Source: Patescibacteria group bacterium (GTDB lineage Bacteria; Patescibacteriota; JACPGU01). Taken from it: 64,000 nt of DNA. The stretch is from assembly GCA_022703645.1 (NCBI GenBank), contig JAKLDG010000001.1:274814-338813 (forward strand). The letters run 5' to 3'. The notes under the pieces are model-generated. The model saw only the letters and a list, made by a program, of their open reading frames with translations. It searched no databases and had not been told where the DNA came from. Both the position numbers and the translations under genes were made by a program. Positions 27,601-37,990 of the stretch are shown piece after piece. The first letter of the stretch is position 1. The number at the start of each line of letters is the position of its first letter.

Positions 27601-28507
27601 CGGTGGTATTGCGAAGAAAGATATTACATCGGGTCTTCCTCGTGTGGAAGAGCTTCTTGAAGCGCGAACTCCAAAAGGCAAGGCTATTATTGCTGAGATC
27701 GCGGGTAAGGTTCAGATCATTGAGGATGAAAAACTAGGTGTAATGGTTCGCATTATTTCTAATCAACCAAAGAAAGATTTTATAAAAATGAAGCCAAATT
27801 TTAAGGTTTTAGTCAAAGATGGCGACAAAGTAGATGAAGGACAAGTAATAATTGAGGTTGGCAAGCAAAAGAATCTGAAAGCTCATGGCAAGGGAATGAT
27901 TCAGGTTGATAAAGAGAATAATCAAGTAGTTTTAGTTTATAATAAGAAAGAAGAAAAAGTTTATCAGATTGATCCAGATATGGAATTAATGATTGAAGAT
28001 GGGGCTGAAATTACGCTTGGTGAGCAAATTACAGAGGGTCATATTGACTTGCATCAATTGTTATCGCTACGAGATTCATTGGCAGTGAAAAAATACATTG
28101 TCCGAGAAATTCAGGCTATTTACGACTCCCAAGGTCAGTCAATTAATGATAAGCACATTGAAATTATTATCCGCCAAATGTTCTCAAAGGTAAGAGTTAT
28201 TGACTCTGTCGACAGTGAATTTATTGAAGGAGAAATAATTAGTAAAACCCAAGCGCAGCAGTATAATATAAATGCAAAAGCTAATAAGAAAAAGCCGATT
28301 GTATGGGAGGAATTATTGCTTGGTATTACAAAATCTTCGCTCAATACCGATTCTTTCTTATCAGCAGCCAGCTTCCAAGAGACAACTTCAGTTTTGATTG
28401 ATGCTGCTACGACAGGAAAGGTTGACTATCTGAGAGGATTAAAAGAAAATACCATTCTTGGTAAATTAATACCAGCCGGAACAGGGTTTCGGGGGATGAT
28501 ACAGTAA
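24650..28507 (+). CDS. rpoC: DNA-directed RNA polymerase subunit beta'
   Basis: 1285 aa with NADFDGD, Zn-binding Cys, and trigger loop. Confidence 0.95.
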   Translation: MNENLNEKMIDFDAIKISLASPEDILSWSHGEVTKPETINYRTQKPEKDGLFCERIFGPTKDWECYCGKYKKIRYKGIICDKCGVQVTRSLVRRERMGHIKLAAPVTHIWYLRSVPSRIGLYLGLSVRDLEKVVYFAGFIVSSVNEKARTKILENIKDEYETFKKEIDKEFDKKKKGLEKEVSEYIKANPGTDKKTAEGKVQNEFKQWQKEMEEKKSEMATAFDEAKIDINSIKKYSVISEGKYMDLSRKYGDFFEAGIGAEAILKLIKEINLNDLAKELEEERDKSVGQRRKKVLKRLRFIKGFQKAEIDPSWMVLTHIAVMPPDLRPMVQLDGGRFATSDINDLYRRVINRNNRLKKLQELRAPEIIQRNEKRMLQEAVDALIGNDSQRGKTNLAAGKKKYKSLSESLKGKQGRFRQNLLGKRVDYSGRSVIVVGPNLKLDECGVPKSIALELFKPFIISELIAKGFTHSAKNAAKMIDGSSPEVWDILEDVTKKYYVLLNRAPTLHRLGIQAFKVVLIEGKAIQIHPLVCSPFNADFDGDQMAIHLPLSRQAQEEARDIMVSSKNLLKPSDGSPSVTPSLDIVLGCYYITTFENGVKGEGKYFSDSSEAMLAFYRDNIHIRAKVKLKINSEVIETTIGRIIFNEIVPEELGFLNQDMDKKNLEKVISRSFKELGIEKTAVFVDDIKRIGMQYVTMSGLTLSISDMKIPEAKSMLIEEAEKKVDEIDGQYKRGLITANEKYLKNIEIWTSTKEAIEVEMLKGFDEKNPLSLMFTSKARGSRDQVSQVVAMRGLLQDTGGNIIELPVKSNFKEGLTVLEYFISSHGARKGLTDTALRTSDSGYLTRRMVDVAQEVIVSEPDCGTDEGMEFSRTELTANKESIQRRLDGRILLDDIKDKKGKVLINRGEELTPTKIEMIFASDVTNIKVRSPLNCKSAWGICQACYGRDLARGRLVKLGEAAGIIAAQSIGEPGTQLTMRTFHAGGIAKKDITSGLPRVEELLEARTPKGKAIIAEIAGKVQIIEDEKLGVMVRIISNQPKKDFIKMKPNFKVLVKDGDKVDEGQVIIEVGKQKNLKAHGKGMIQVDKENNQVVLVYNKKEEKVYQIDPDMELMIEDGAEITLGEQITEGHIDLHQLLSLRDSLAVKKYIVREIQAIYDSQGQSINDKHIEIIIRQMFSKVRVIDSVDSEFIEGEIISKTQAQQYNINAKANKKKPIVWEELLLGITKSSLNTDSFLSAASFQETTSVLIDAATTGKVDYLRGLKENTILGKLIPAGTGFRGMIQ

Positions 28508-28509
28508 GG

Positions 28510-28625
28510 GGGAATTTTCAATTTTACAATTCTCAATTTTCAATCAATGAAACAATGTATTAATGTTTGAAAATTGAATCATTGAAAATTCAATGAAAAT
28601 TGTGAATTGATAATTGGAAATTATG
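28510..28625. repeat. AT-rich imperfect palindromic element (CAATTTTCAATTG-word family), copy 1
   Basis: aattttacaattctcaattttcaatcaatg and its near-complement flank a short centre. Confidence 0.7.
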
Positions 28626-28697
28626 TTTTTTGGGTTGTAAAAGTTATTTTTTTGTGATAAACTGTCTTAGTAATATAAAATTTTAAGTTAAAACGCC

Positions 28698-29111
28698 GTG
28701 CCTACCATTAATCAATTAATACGAAAAGGAAGAAGAACACAACCAAACAAGAGTAAGGTACCTGCCTTGCTCAAGGATTTTAATTCCATAAAGAACAAAC
28801 TTATTGATAACCCAAAAGGTTCACCGCTGAAACGTGGAGTTTGTACGAAAGTTACGACAATGACCCCAAAGAAACCTAACTCAGCTTTGCGAAAAATCGC
28901 CAGAGTCAGATTATCAAATGGAATGGAAGTAACTGCTTATATTCCGGGAATCGGACATAATCTTCAGGAACACTCAGTAGTTGTCATCCGAGGTGGTAGA
29001 GTAAAAGATTTACCGGGTGTCCGATATCATATAGTACGCGGAATGTTGGATGCCGGAGGAGTAGATAAGAGGAAACAAGGCAGAAGTAGATACGGCGCAA
29101 AAAAGAGTTAA
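28698..29111 (+). CDS. rpsL: 30S ribosomal protein S12
   Basis: [10 protein letters not shown]...[13 protein letters not shown] start. Confidence 0.95.
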   Translation: MPTINQLIRKGRRTQPNKSKVPALLKDFNSIKNKLIDNPKGSPLKRGVCTKVTTMTPKKPNSALRKIARVRLSNGMEVTAYIPGIGHNLQEHSVVVIRGGRVKDLPGVRYHIVRGMLDAGGVDKRKQGRSRYGAKKS

Positions 29112-29153
29112 AAGTTTAAAGTGAAAAGTTAAAAATAATAATTCTAAGAATAT

Positions 29154-29630
29154 ATGCCTAGAGGTAACCGCAAGGTACATCGTCATGATCCAAAACCAGA
29201 TCCAAAATTCGGTTCTGCGATTATTGGTAAATTCATAAACAATCTTATGTGGGCTGGAAAGAAATCCACAGCCACATCATTAGTCTATGATGCTTTTGAT
29301 ATAATAGAGAAAAAAACCGGTAAAAAAGGTTTGGATATTTTCAATAAAGCTATCGCAAATGTTTCGCCAACTCTAAAGGTTCGCTCCAGAAGAATCGGTG
29401 GCGCAAACTACCAGATTCCGATGGAAGTGAAAAAAGATCAGAAAATAGTATTTGCTACGAAATGGATAATTGAGGCTGTCAGAGCGAAAAAAGGCAGATC
29501 TACACCTGAAGAATTGGCAGAAGAGCTGATGTTAGCAGCTGAAAATCAAGGTGCTGCAATGAAGAAAAAAGAAGATACGCATAGAATGGCAGAGGCAAAC
29601 AGAGCATACGCTCACTACGCGAAATTTTAA
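29154..29630 (+). CDS. rpsG: 30S ribosomal protein S7
   Basis: MPRGNRKV... Confidence 0.95.
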   Translation: MPRGNRKVHRHDPKPDPKFGSAIIGKFINNLMWAGKKSTATSLVYDAFDIIEKKTGKKGLDIFNKAIANVSPTLKVRSRRIGGANYQIPMEVKKDQKIVFATKWIIEAVRAKKGRSTPEELAEELMLAAENQGAAMKKKEDTHRMAEANRAYAHYAKF

Positions 29631-29640
29631 TATGATATCC

Positions 29641-29668
29641 GTAGGGGCGAAGTGTCTTCGCCCAAAAA
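29641..29668 (+). terminator. REP-like GTAGGGGCG hairpin terminator after rpsG
   Basis: gtaggggcgaagtgtcttcgccc. Confidence 0.5.
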
Positions 29669-29876
29669 TGAATTTGTTTAAAGGTTAGCTCCGAGTAATG
29701 TCGGAGCCCTTTTAATATTCCCCTAAAATTTCCATTGAAAATTAAAAAATAAAGAATATAATGGGAAATGATCCAAAGTGAGAAAGTTTGGACACGTTCA
29801 TTAAAAACGTATCTTGCTTACTCAAAGGGCAGATTTTATATTTGATCTTTCAAAAACATCGAAAGGAGAGCCATTT

Positions 29877-30584
29877 ATGTCTAAAAAAGATGGAGAGGTT
29901 TTTAGTGTTATTGAATATTACATAAAAAATCATAATCCAGATTATTCCTGCGACCAGTCGCTAAAAAATTGGATTAAATGCAAAGAGAAGATTACTCAAA
30001 AAATTACTATTCCTGACCACACGATTATTCATGACCGGAATCACAAAGAGATCTGTCGCCCTTACCGATTTTCCCTCACACCTCTCGAAAGGTCGGGGGA
30101 GAATTTCCGTTATTATTGTCGGGTACTTACGATTTGGATAAAGGAAAAAATCGAAAATACTGGCGCCAAACCGAATATATTGATCGCTATGGGAGGAGCA
30201 AATATTTTTGCAAAGCAACTGCTTCTTTACCTAGGTCAATATGGCATTTTTTTGGAGTTCGGTAGTATTAAGATGAATCGGGTAGTTTCAGGTGGAGAAA
30301 TGACCATGGAATACGATTCCAACCATTACATACCGGATTTCGATCCCGGGAAGTTCAACGCCTTTATTATCGAAGATTTTCTTAATACGGGTTTATCGGT
30401 GGATACTGCGATTAAAAGAGTTCGCTGCGATAGAACCAAAGTTCTGGGTGTTATTGCCTTTACGAATTCTTACCGGAAGTGTTGGCCTTTCGATGTTCCT
30501 ATCAACATTTCTTTTCTCGAACTGCCTTTCGAGAAATTTCCAGCAGGTACCTGTCCCGAACATTGTCAGAAAATAAGTGGGTAG
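29877..30584 (+). CDS. Phosphoribosyltransferase-domain protein inserted between rpsG and fusA
   Basis: PRTase-like motif AFIIEDFLNTGLSVDTAI. ATG at 29877 after gaaaggagag. Its own terminator is at 30613-30645. Confidence 0.45.
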   Translation: MSKKDGEVFSVIEYYIKNHNPDYSCDQSLKNWIKCKEKITQKITIPDHTIIHDRNHKEICRPYRFSLTPLERSGENFRYYCRVLTIWIKEKIENTGAKPNILIAMGGANIFAKQLLLYLGQYGIFLEFGSIKMNRVVSGGEMTMEYDSNHYIPDFDPGKFNAFIIEDFLNTGLSVDTAIKRVRCDRTKVLGVIAFTNSYRKCWPFDVPINISFLELPFEKFPAGTCPEHCQKISG

Positions 30585-30721
30585 GTTGCAGACGATCAAG
30601 AATCAAAAAATTTCATCCGGGGCATTGCGCCCCGGGTTTTTTATTTTATAAAGTCCTTGCAGTTGTCGGCAGGATTATATATAATTATTTAGCAACACGA
30701 AAAAGTGTGTTATTTTTCTTT

Positions 30722-30852
30722 TTGTTTAATAGAATTTTCAATTTACAATTTCCAGTTTTCAATAAATTTTCAATTTTTCAATGTTTCAAAATTGTGAATT
30801 GATTCATTGGTTCATTGATTGAAAATTGAGAATTGAAAATTGTAAATTATTT
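30722..30852. repeat. AT-rich palindromic element (CAATTTTCAATTG family), copy 2
   Basis: The right arm cattgattgaaaattgagaattgaaaattgtaaatt is the reverse complement of the copy-1 left arm. Confidence 0.7.
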
Positions 30853-30887
30853 TTTTGATTAATAATAATTAAGAGTAAAAAACAAAT

Positions 30888-32984
30888 ATGACAGACGAAA
30901 TTAAGTATCCCTTAGACAAAGTTCGTAACTTTGGAACAATCGCGCATATTGACGCGGGCAAAACTACTGTAACGGAAGGCATTCTTTATATTACCGGAAA
31001 AAAACACAAAATCGGAGCTGTGCACGAAGGCGAAGCGACGATGGACTGGATGGAGCAAGAAAGAGAACGCGGTATCACGATCACTTCTGCTGCTACCACG
31101 GCTTTTTGGAAAGATTGTCGGCTCAATATTATCGACACTCCCGGACACGTGGACTTTACGGTAGAAGTAGAAAGATCACTTCGCGTTCTTGATGGAGCTG
31201 TGGTTATATTTGATGGGAAAATGGGAGTAGAACCGCAATCAGAAACTGTTTGGAGGCAAGCAGATAAATACAATGTTCCAAGAATTTGTTTCATTAATAA
31301 AATCAATCAAACTGGCGGAGATTTTTACCGATCACTCGAAAGTATTAATAAAAGACTTCGCAAAAATGCTTTACCAATTCAGCTGCCTATCGGTTTCGAA
31401 AAAGACATCAATGGAATTGTGGACTTGGTAAAAATGAAAGCGTATACATATAAAGAATATACCGATAAAGCATTAGTTGAAGGCGAAATTCCTGCTGATA
31501 TGATGGAAAAAGCAAAAGAATACCGCAGTAAATTAGTTGAAAAAGCGGTTGAATATGATGAAGCTTTAATGGAAAAATATCTTGGCGGAACAGAGCCAAC
31601 AGAAGAAGAATTGGTTTCTGCGATCCGAAAAGCAACTATTTCCGGAGGATTTTCACCGGTAATGGGAGGAGATGGACGCGGGGTAATTGTAGAACCATTG
31701 CTTGATGCTGTTGTAGCATATCTGCCTTCACCTTTGGATAAACCGCCAGTAACTGGTACTAATCCAAAAACAGGCGAGGAAATAGAAAGGCATGCAGACG
31801 AAAAAGAACCATTTGCGGCTTTGGCATTCAAAATTGCTACCGATCCATTTGTGGGAAAACTTTGTTTCTTCCGTGTTTACTCTGGAAAATTAGCTGCCGG
31901 TTCTTATGTATATAATTCTACCAAGGGGGAGAGAGAAAGAATTGGAAGAATTGTACGAATGCACGCCGCCCAACGTGAAGATGTTGCTGAAGTTACTGCG
32001 GGTGAAATCGCAGCTGCGGTGGGGCTCAAATCAACATTTACGGGCGATACACTTTGCGATGAAGCTAATCCAATAATTTTGGAAAATATCACATTTCCAA
32101 CACCGGTTATTTCAGTTGCCATTGAGCCAAAGACCAAAGCAGACCAGGAAAAATTGGGATTAGCTCTTGCAAAATTAGGTGAAGAAGATCCAACTTTCAA
32201 AATTCATACAGATGAAGATACGGGTGAGACAATTATCTCAGGCATGGGAGAATTACACCTTGAAATTCTAGTAGATCGTATGAAAAGAGAATTCAAAGTG
32301 GAAGCCAATGTTGGCAAACCACAAGTAGCTTATAAAGAAGCAATCCGCAAAGCTGTTGAGTGCGAAGGTAAATTTATTCGTCAATCAGGTGGTCGCGGAC
32401 AATATGGTCACGTATTACTAAAACTTGAACCTCTTGAAAGAGGAAAGGGTTTTGAATTCGTTAATGCAATCGTTGGTGGAACGGTTCCAAGAGAATATAT
32501 CGCTCCAAGTGAAAAGGGTATCAAGGAAGCTATGGATCGCGGTGTTATCGCCGGCTATCCGGTTATTGATGTAAAAGCGACTTTATACGACGGTTCGTTC
32601 CACGAAGTTGACTCTTCTGAGATGGCGTTCAAAATCGCAGCTTCTATGGCGTTCCAAGATGGTGTGAAAAAAGCTGATCCCGTAATACTTGAGCCGATCA
32701 TGAAAGTAGAAGTATTAGTGCCGGAAGACTTCTTGGGAGATGTAATGGGGGACTTGAACGCGAAACGCGGTCAAATCCTTGAGTCCGGTGACAAAGGCGA
32801 AATTAAATTTGTCGATGCATATGTACCACTATCAGAAATGTTTGGTTATACGACAAATCTTCGTTCAATGAGTCAAGGACGAGCCAGCGCGGTAATGGAA
32901 TTTGATCACTATGGCGAAGTACCTCGCAATGTTGCGGAAACGATTATTGGCATCAGGGCAAAGGCAAAGGCGGAAGGGAGATAA
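30888..32984 (+). CDS. fusA: Elongation factor G
   Basis: [17 protein letters not shown], 698 aa. Confidence 0.95.
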   Translation: MTDEIKYPLDKVRNFGTIAHIDAGKTTVTEGILYITGKKHKIGAVHEGEATMDWMEQERERGITITSAATTAFWKDCRLNIIDTPGHVDFTVEVERSLRVLDGAVVIFDGKMGVEPQSETVWRQADKYNVPRICFINKINQTGGDFYRSLESINKRLRKNALPIQLPIGFEKDINGIVDLVKMKAYTYKEYTDKALVEGEIPADMMEKAKEYRSKLVEKAVEYDEALMEKYLGGTEPTEEELVSAIRKATISGGFSPVMGGDGRGVIVEPLLDAVVAYLPSPLDKPPVTGTNPKTGEEIERHADEKEPFAALAFKIATDPFVGKLCFFRVYSGKLAAGSYVYNSTKGERERIGRIVRMHAAQREDVAEVTAGEIAAAVGLKSTFTGDTLCDEANPIILENITFPTPVISVAIEPKTKADQEKLGLALAKLGEEDPTFKIHTDEDTGETIISGMGELHLEILVDRMKREFKVEANVGKPQVAYKEAIRKAVECEGKFIRQSGGRGQYGHVLLKLEPLERGKGFEFVNAIVGGTVPREYIAPSEKGIKEAMDRGVIAGYPVIDVKATLYDGSFHEVDSSEMAFKIAASMAFQDGVKKADPVILEPIMKVEVLVPEDFLGDVMGDLNAKRGQILESGDKGEIKFVDAYVPLSEMFGYTTNLRSMSQGRASAVMEFDHYGEVPRNVAETIIGIRAKAKAEGR

Positions 32985-32990
32985 ATAATT

Positions 32991-33020
32991 GTAGGGGCGA
33001 GCCGTTGGCTCGCCCCTTTT
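32991..33020 (+). terminator. REP-like GTAGGGGCGAGCC hairpin terminator after fusA
   Basis: gtaggggcgagccgttggctcgcccctttt. A second terminator is at 33033-33058. Confidence 0.6.
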
Positions 33021-33273
33021 AAATAAAAATAATAAAACCGCTGTTGTCAGCGGTTTTAGAATAACGTCAGTCTAAAAAATTATACAATCCTAAATCCTTT
33101 AGCACCTTTTAATCTCAGTGTTGCTGGGTCGATTTTGAACTTAATTGCGTCTTAATAATTATAAATATGTATAGCTAAATTATACCAAAATGGCTTAAAT
33201 AAGTCAATAAATTTATTAATCACTTAACTTTGAGTTCGTGTTATAATATTCTTAATACAAATAAAAAATAAAA

Positions 33274-34068
33274 ATGTCAAAAGTAAGCCGCATAAAAGCA
33301 ACAAAAAATCTTAAAAAAGATATTAAATCGGCAGTTGATGAGATTGGGGGATTTTCAAAATTTATAAAAAAGGGCGACGCGGTTCTGATTAAACCAAATT
33401 TTAATACTGCCGATCCGCCGCCGGCTTCGACAGATGTTGATTTTCTAAGACATGTTGTGGAACTAGTTTATGATGCTGGAGCAAAGGCGGTTATAGTTGG
33501 GGATTCATCAACTATGATGTTAAATACTCGCAAAGTAATGGAAGAGAAAAAAGTTTTTGATCTCGATAAAAACATGAAATATCCGCCTCGAATAATTGTT
33601 TTTGAAGAGCGGAAATGGAATGTCAAAAAAATCAAGAACGGAAAATATCTGAAAACCATTTCGGTTCCGGAGTCACTCGAAAAAGTTGATAAGTTGATAC
33701 TGCTGCCTTGCTGCAAAACGCATATGTATGCGGGCTATACCGGGGCTTTGAAAATTTCAGTTGGATTTATGAAGCCAGTAGAAAGAGTTAGGCTCCATAT
33801 GGGGCATCTGCAGGAGAAAGTTGCGGAATTGAATACCGTGATTCATCCGGATCTGATTATAATGGATGCCAGGAAATGTTTTATCACCAAAGGTCCTGCA
33901 AAAGGTGAGGTGAGAGAACCGGGTTTGATATTCGCTTCAACCAGCCGAGTAGATATTGACATAGAAGGAATCAAAACTATTCAAAAATATGAGGGCAATT
34001 CATTAGCAGGAATAAAACCGGAAGAATTAACTCAGATTAAATTGGCAAAGAAAATCGGTATAAAATAA
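33274..34068 (+). CDS. DUF362-family protein
   Basis: KGDAVLIKPNFN. Confidence 0.45.
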   Translation: MSKVSRIKATKNLKKDIKSAVDEIGGFSKFIKKGDAVLIKPNFNTADPPPASTDVDFLRHVVELVYDAGAKAVIVGDSSTMMLNTRKVMEEKKVFDLDKNMKYPPRIIVFEERKWNVKKIKNGKYLKTISVPESLEKVDKLILLPCCKTHMYAGYTGALKISVGFMKPVERVRLHMGHLQEKVAELNTVIHPDLIIMDARKCFITKGPAKGEVREPGLIFASTSRVDIDIEGIKTIQKYEGNSLAGIKPEELTQIKLAKKIGIK

Positions 34069-34146
34069 ATCTTGAAAATAAAAACCCCGCATAAACTGCG
34101 GGGGTTTAGTTTTTAGATTTATAGATCATTTTATGGTAAATAGTTA

Positions 34147-34593
34147 TCAGGGTAATATCGCTTTTACTAATGCATCAGCGAGCGATATTGTAGACTCCTT
34201 GTCCTTACCCCTTGATTTCAGAACAAGATAGTAGAGGGGGTATCTTACAGTTTTTCTTTTAACCATAATTGTTGTGACCACTACTCCTTTTTTGTTTCTC
34301 TCCATAATAATAAAAATATGATCGTTATTTTTGACTTTGTGGGCTTTACGGAGTGTTTCGCAAATCAGCCAGCCCTCCTTGATTCTTACTTCTGGTAAAC
34401 GTCTTTCTGCATGGCAGAAAGAAAATGATGTAAAATTTCCTGCTTGCGAAAAGTCATCTACTATTGGCACCGAGGATTTTTCCTTATTCTGAATGCAGCC
34501 AGGCAGCAATGCAAGTGAGATGATGATACAAGATGATATTAAAGTAATAGTGATAATGGTTTTCCAGTTCGGAGCGTTTTTCATACCTTTCAC
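34147..34593 (-). CDS. Hypothetical lipoprotein/membrane-anchored protein
   Basis: N-terminal hydrophobic segment ending LLPGC. Confidence 0.35.
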   Translation of the reverse strand: MKGMKNAPNWKTIITITLISSCIIISLALLPGCIQNKEKSSVPIVDDFSQAGNFTSFSFCHAERRLPEVRIKEGWLICETLRKAHKVKNNDHIFIIMERNKKGVVVTTIMVKRKTVRYPLYYLVLKSRGKDKESTISLADALVKAILP

Positions 34594-34630
34594 CTTCGTT
34601 TCTTTCTAGTAGTATCATTCTTGTGTGGAT

Positions 34631-34906
34631 TTAACGACCTTCATTCTTGCGTTCTTCGAGATAAGACTTGGCTTTTTCAAGCATTTTTCCGCATTTTTCA
34701 AAGTCGTATTTCTCGCGGCATGTTTGAACAACAACTTTCATGGTTCTTTCGCTTTTTATAAGCCGATTATAAATTATATCGGAATCATGCTTGTAGACTT
34801 TCACATTATCTCTCAGTATTACGATTGTGTGTCTCTGCGAATTTAGCACAAAACCTGTTGTTATGCAAAAAACGCAAATAATTGCATAGTACCATTTCGT
34901 GTTCAT
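34631..34906 (-). CDS. Hypothetical small membrane protein
   Basis: ORF with an N-terminal hydrophobic helix. Confidence 0.3.
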   Translation of the reverse strand: MNTKWYYAIICVFCITTGFVLNSQRHTIVILRDNVKVYKHDSDIIYNRLIKSERTMKVVVQTCREKYDFEKCGKMLEKAKSYLEERKNEGR

Positions 34907-35029
34907 TTCTTTCCTCCTTCAATAAATTGCACGATATGTTAATGTGCTATATTAATAATAATATAAATTAACGATAGCGTCAATATTAATAATAAAAATG
35001 ATAGATATTAAACAAATAAAAAAGGAACG

Positions 35030-35278
35030 CTATGCGTTCCTTTTATTCTGCTTTATTTGTAATTCTGGAATAAGTGAAACCGGTGCATTAGTGCCGCAAT
35101 GAGGGCATCCATCTTCATTTGGTAAAAATGTAAGTCCGCACTTATTGCATTGATGCGAATCCTGTGTGATAGCTTCAGTTGCAATCATATCCAAGTGTTG
35201 TTCGATCGAAATCATGTGGCCTTTGGCAAGGGCAACCATTATCATCAATAAAACTTGATGAACCGCTGTGAACCTCAC
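35030..35278 (-). CDS. Zinc-ribbon small protein (possibly the frameshifted continuation of 35175..35393)
   Basis: CNKCG...CPHCG. Confidence 0.25.
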   Translation of the reverse strand: MRFTAVHQVLLMIMVALAKGHMISIEQHLDMIATEAITQDSHQCNKCGLTFLPNEDGCPHCGTNAPVSLIPELQIKQNKRNA

Positions 35279-35393
35279 TTACTCTCCCCGTGCTTTTCCA
35301 GCCCGGAGCTCCCATAATAACAACTACTCGCTGTCCTATCTCCAAAATTTTTCCGTTCTTATCTTTCGGAACAAAATGTCTGAATTCTACCAT
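35175..35393 (-). CDS. Hypothetical small protein with a strong RBS
   Basis: ccgaaaggagtg then ATG MVEFRHFV. It overlaps ORF 35030..35278 in another frame. Confidence 0.35.
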   Translation of the reverse strand: MVEFRHFVPKDKNGKILEIGQRVVVIMGAPGWKSTGRVSEVHSGSSSFIDDNGCPCQRPHDFDRTTLGYDCN

Positions 35394-35415
35394 GTTGAGG
35401 ATCACTCCTTTCGGA

Positions 35416-36015
35416 TTATTTTAGCAGGAATAAAACTGTATATACGGCCAATCCTAAAATGATTATACTATATATATAGTCAAAATAAAACTTTTGTAAA
35501 CCATTAGCAAGTTTAATTATTATGACAAAGGGATATAAAAATATGGCAAATGGGTTGAAACGTTGGAAAAGATGACGATTGGCTTCCATCAGTAGCACAT
35601 GCGCATCGCCATTTGAAGGGAAGCAACCCAAACTAATAGAAAAACCAAACCAAAGAGCGATAGGTATAAGGATTGCATTGTAAATAGAAAGAGGGAGAAA
35701 ACCAAAGTAAATTTTTTGAATAAACATTAACACAAATGTAAACAATCCAAAAGACAGAAGTGTTCCAAATATAAAAGGTCCGACGGAAATAAAAAATGCT
35801 TGAATAAAATTTCTTGGTTGGGCATGCTCGACATAACCGGCGGGATTTTTGAGCTGAAAATATTTTACTTTAAAAACTTTAACATTTGATAACACGCAAA
35901 AAAGCTCATGAGAAAATTCATGAATGATTATGCCGGGTGCGGAGAAGATGATGTTGGCGATAAATGCGCCGCGTTGTTTCATGGGAATATTATACACCAA
36001 ATTTTCAATTTTCAA
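35416..36015 (-). CDS. Membrane protein with a HEXXH motif (putative zincin-like peptidase)
   Basis: IIHEFSHELF plus several TM helices. Confidence 0.4.
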   Translation of the reverse strand: MKIENLVYNIPMKQRGAFIANIIFSAPGIIIHEFSHELFCVLSNVKVFKVKYFQLKNPAGYVEHAQPRNFIQAFFISVGPFIFGTLLSFGLFTFVLMFIQKIYFGFLPLSIYNAILIPIALWFGFSISLGCFPSNGDAHVLLMEANRHLFQRFNPFAIFLYPFVIIIKLANGLQKFYFDYIYSIIILGLAVYTVLFLLK

Positions 36016-36118
36016 TTCTCAATTTCCATTGAATTTTCAATGATTCAATTTTGAAAATTTAATAATTGTGTCATTGATTGAAAATTGTAAATTGCAAAAT
36101 TGAAAATTTCTAAAAAAA
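36000..36118. repeat. AT-rich palindromic element (CAATTTTCAATTG family), copy 3
   Basis: ttttcaattctcaatttccattgaattttcaatgattcaattttgaaaa. Confidence 0.7.
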
Positions 36119-36268
36119 CCTCTTGCATCATTTCTAAATCTATTATAGAATGTATATCAGCTGTGTAAAAAACAGTCGTTACTTTTTTGTAGCGAGTTTA
36201 TATATTATAAATATAGTAAAATAAAACAATAATTTTTGCCCACAACTTTTGGGCAGGGAGGAAACAAA

Positions 36269-37471
36269 ATGGCAGCAGAAAAATTTGAAAGAACCAAACC
36301 GCATTTAAATGTGGGAACAATCGGTCACGTTGATCACGGTAAAACAACATTAACCGCAGCTATTACAAAATGTTTAGCTGGTTCAGGACAAAAAGTAGAA
36401 GTAAAAGGCTACGATGCTATTGATAATGCACCGGAAGAAAAAGCTCGTGGTATTACTATTAATACTGCTCACGTAGAATATGAAACAGCTGACAGGCACT
36501 ATGCTCACGTTGACTGTCCAGGACATGCTGACTATATCAAGAACATGATTACTGGCGCGGCTCAAATGGACGGCGCAGTTCTAGTAGTTGCAGCATCTGA
36601 TGGACCGATGCCACAGACCAGAGAGCATATCGTACTTGCCCGAAACGTTGGCGTACCATATATAGTAGTATTCTTGAACAAGACTGACCAAGTATCTGAT
36701 CCAGAATTAGTTGACTTGGTAGAGGAAGAAGTAAGAGATCTTTTAACAAAATATGAATTCCCTGGTAAAGACACGCCAATTATCAGAGGTTCAGCTTTGA
36801 AGGCATTGGAATGCGGTTGTGGTAAGAGCGATTGTCCAGCTTGTGGACCAATCCTTGAGCTAACTGCAGCGCTTGACACATATATTCCAGAGCCAACTCG
36901 CGATATTGACAAACCATTTCTGATGGCAGTAGAAGATGTTTTCTCCATCAAAGGCAGAGGAACGGTGGCTACCGGTAGAATTGATCGCGGTATTGTAAAG
37001 GTAAATGAAGAAGTTGAAATAGTTGGTATCAAACCAACCAAGAAAACCGTTGTTACTGGAGTGGAAATGTTCCGAAAAATGCTAGATCAAGGTCAGGCTG
37101 GTGATAATGTAGGAGTACTCTTAAGAGGTATTGAAAAAGAAGATATTGAAAGAGGACAAGTTCTATGCAAACCAGGTTCAATTACCCCACATACAGAATT
37201 CGAAGGACAAGTGTATATTCTAACCAAAGAAGAAGGTGGAAGACATACTCCATTCTTCAAAGGATACAAGCCACAATTCTATATCCGAACCACAGATGTG
37301 ACCGGTGATGTTGAAATCCCAGAAGGTACAGAGATGGTAATGCCAGGGGACACAGTAACTTTGAAGACAAAATTGATTGTACCAGTAGCTATGGAAGAAG
37401 GAATGAGATTCGCTATCCGTGAGGGTGGCAGAACTGTAGGAGCTGGAACCGTAACAAAAATTATCAAATAA
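36269..37471 (+). CDS. tuf: Elongation factor Tu
   Basis: [13 protein letters not shown] at 36269 after ggagg. Confidence 0.95.
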   Translation: MAAEKFERTKPHLNVGTIGHVDHGKTTLTAAITKCLAGSGQKVEVKGYDAIDNAPEEKARGITINTAHVEYETADRHYAHVDCPGHADYIKNMITGAAQMDGAVLVVAASDGPMPQTREHIVLARNVGVPYIVVFLNKTDQVSDPELVDLVEEEVRDLLTKYEFPGKDTPIIRGSALKALECGCGKSDCPACGPILELTAALDTYIPEPTRDIDKPFLMAVEDVFSIKGRGTVATGRIDRGIVKVNEEVEIVGIKPTKKTVVTGVEMFRKMLDQGQAGDNVGVLLRGIEKEDIERGQVLCKPGSITPHTEFEGQVYILTKEEGGRHTPFFKGYKPQFYIRTTDVTGDVEIPEGTEMVMPGDTVTLKTKLIVPVAMEEGMRFAIREGGRTVGAGTVTKIIK

Positions 37472-37473
37472 AG

Positions 37474-37845
37474 ATGCCAACAAAAGCAAAAGCAGAAGTT
37501 AAAAAATCAACAACAGTTGCTAAGCCGGTAAAGAAAGAGGAAAAGCAAAGAATCAGACTAAAACTAAAATCTTATGATCATAAGGTTTTGGATCAGTCCG
37601 CTGCTCAAATCCTAGAAACCGTGAAAAGAACAGGAGCAAAGCTTGCAGGTCCTATTCCCTTACCAACTGAAAGAAGTCTATTTTCTGTTTTGAAATCTAC
37701 TTTTGTACACAAAAATGCACAAGAGCAGTTTGCTTTAAGAATTCACAAGAGATTAATTGATATATTTGAACCATCGCAGAAGACAATCGACTCTTTAATG
37801 AGTTTAAATCTTCCGGCCGGAGTTGATATCGAGATTAAAATGTAA
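37474..37845 (+). CDS. rpsJ: 30S ribosomal protein S10 with a Lys-rich N-terminal extension
   Basis: [18 protein letters not shown]. Confidence 0.9.
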   Translation: MPTKAKAEVKKSTTVAKPVKKEEKQRIRLKLKSYDHKVLDQSAAQILETVKRTGAKLAGPIPLPTERSLFSVLKSTFVHKNAQEQFALRIHKRLIDIFEPSQKTIDSLMSLNLPAGVDIEIKM

Positions 37846-37990
37846 TGTAAGGGCTTATTGCATAAGCCCAATAAAGATTAAAATATAGTTAATTTATTTA
37901 AGCCCGTCAATACGATTGGCGGAAACAAATAAATTCATAGGTAACCGGCAAAACTGGTTGAAATGGATTTATGCCGGTTATTTTATTTAA

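Noticed and set aside
21636-28344. Antisense or embedded ORFs within rpoB, rpoC, fusA, tuf and the ribosomal-protein genes. Examples are 21636..22034(-), 25051..25506(-), 31379..31831(-), 36562..37041(-), 41183..41713(-) and 47012..47689(-).
   Set aside because: They lie entirely inside well-supported conserved genes on the opposite strand or in an alternative frame. Their low-complexity translations are typical of shadow ORFs.
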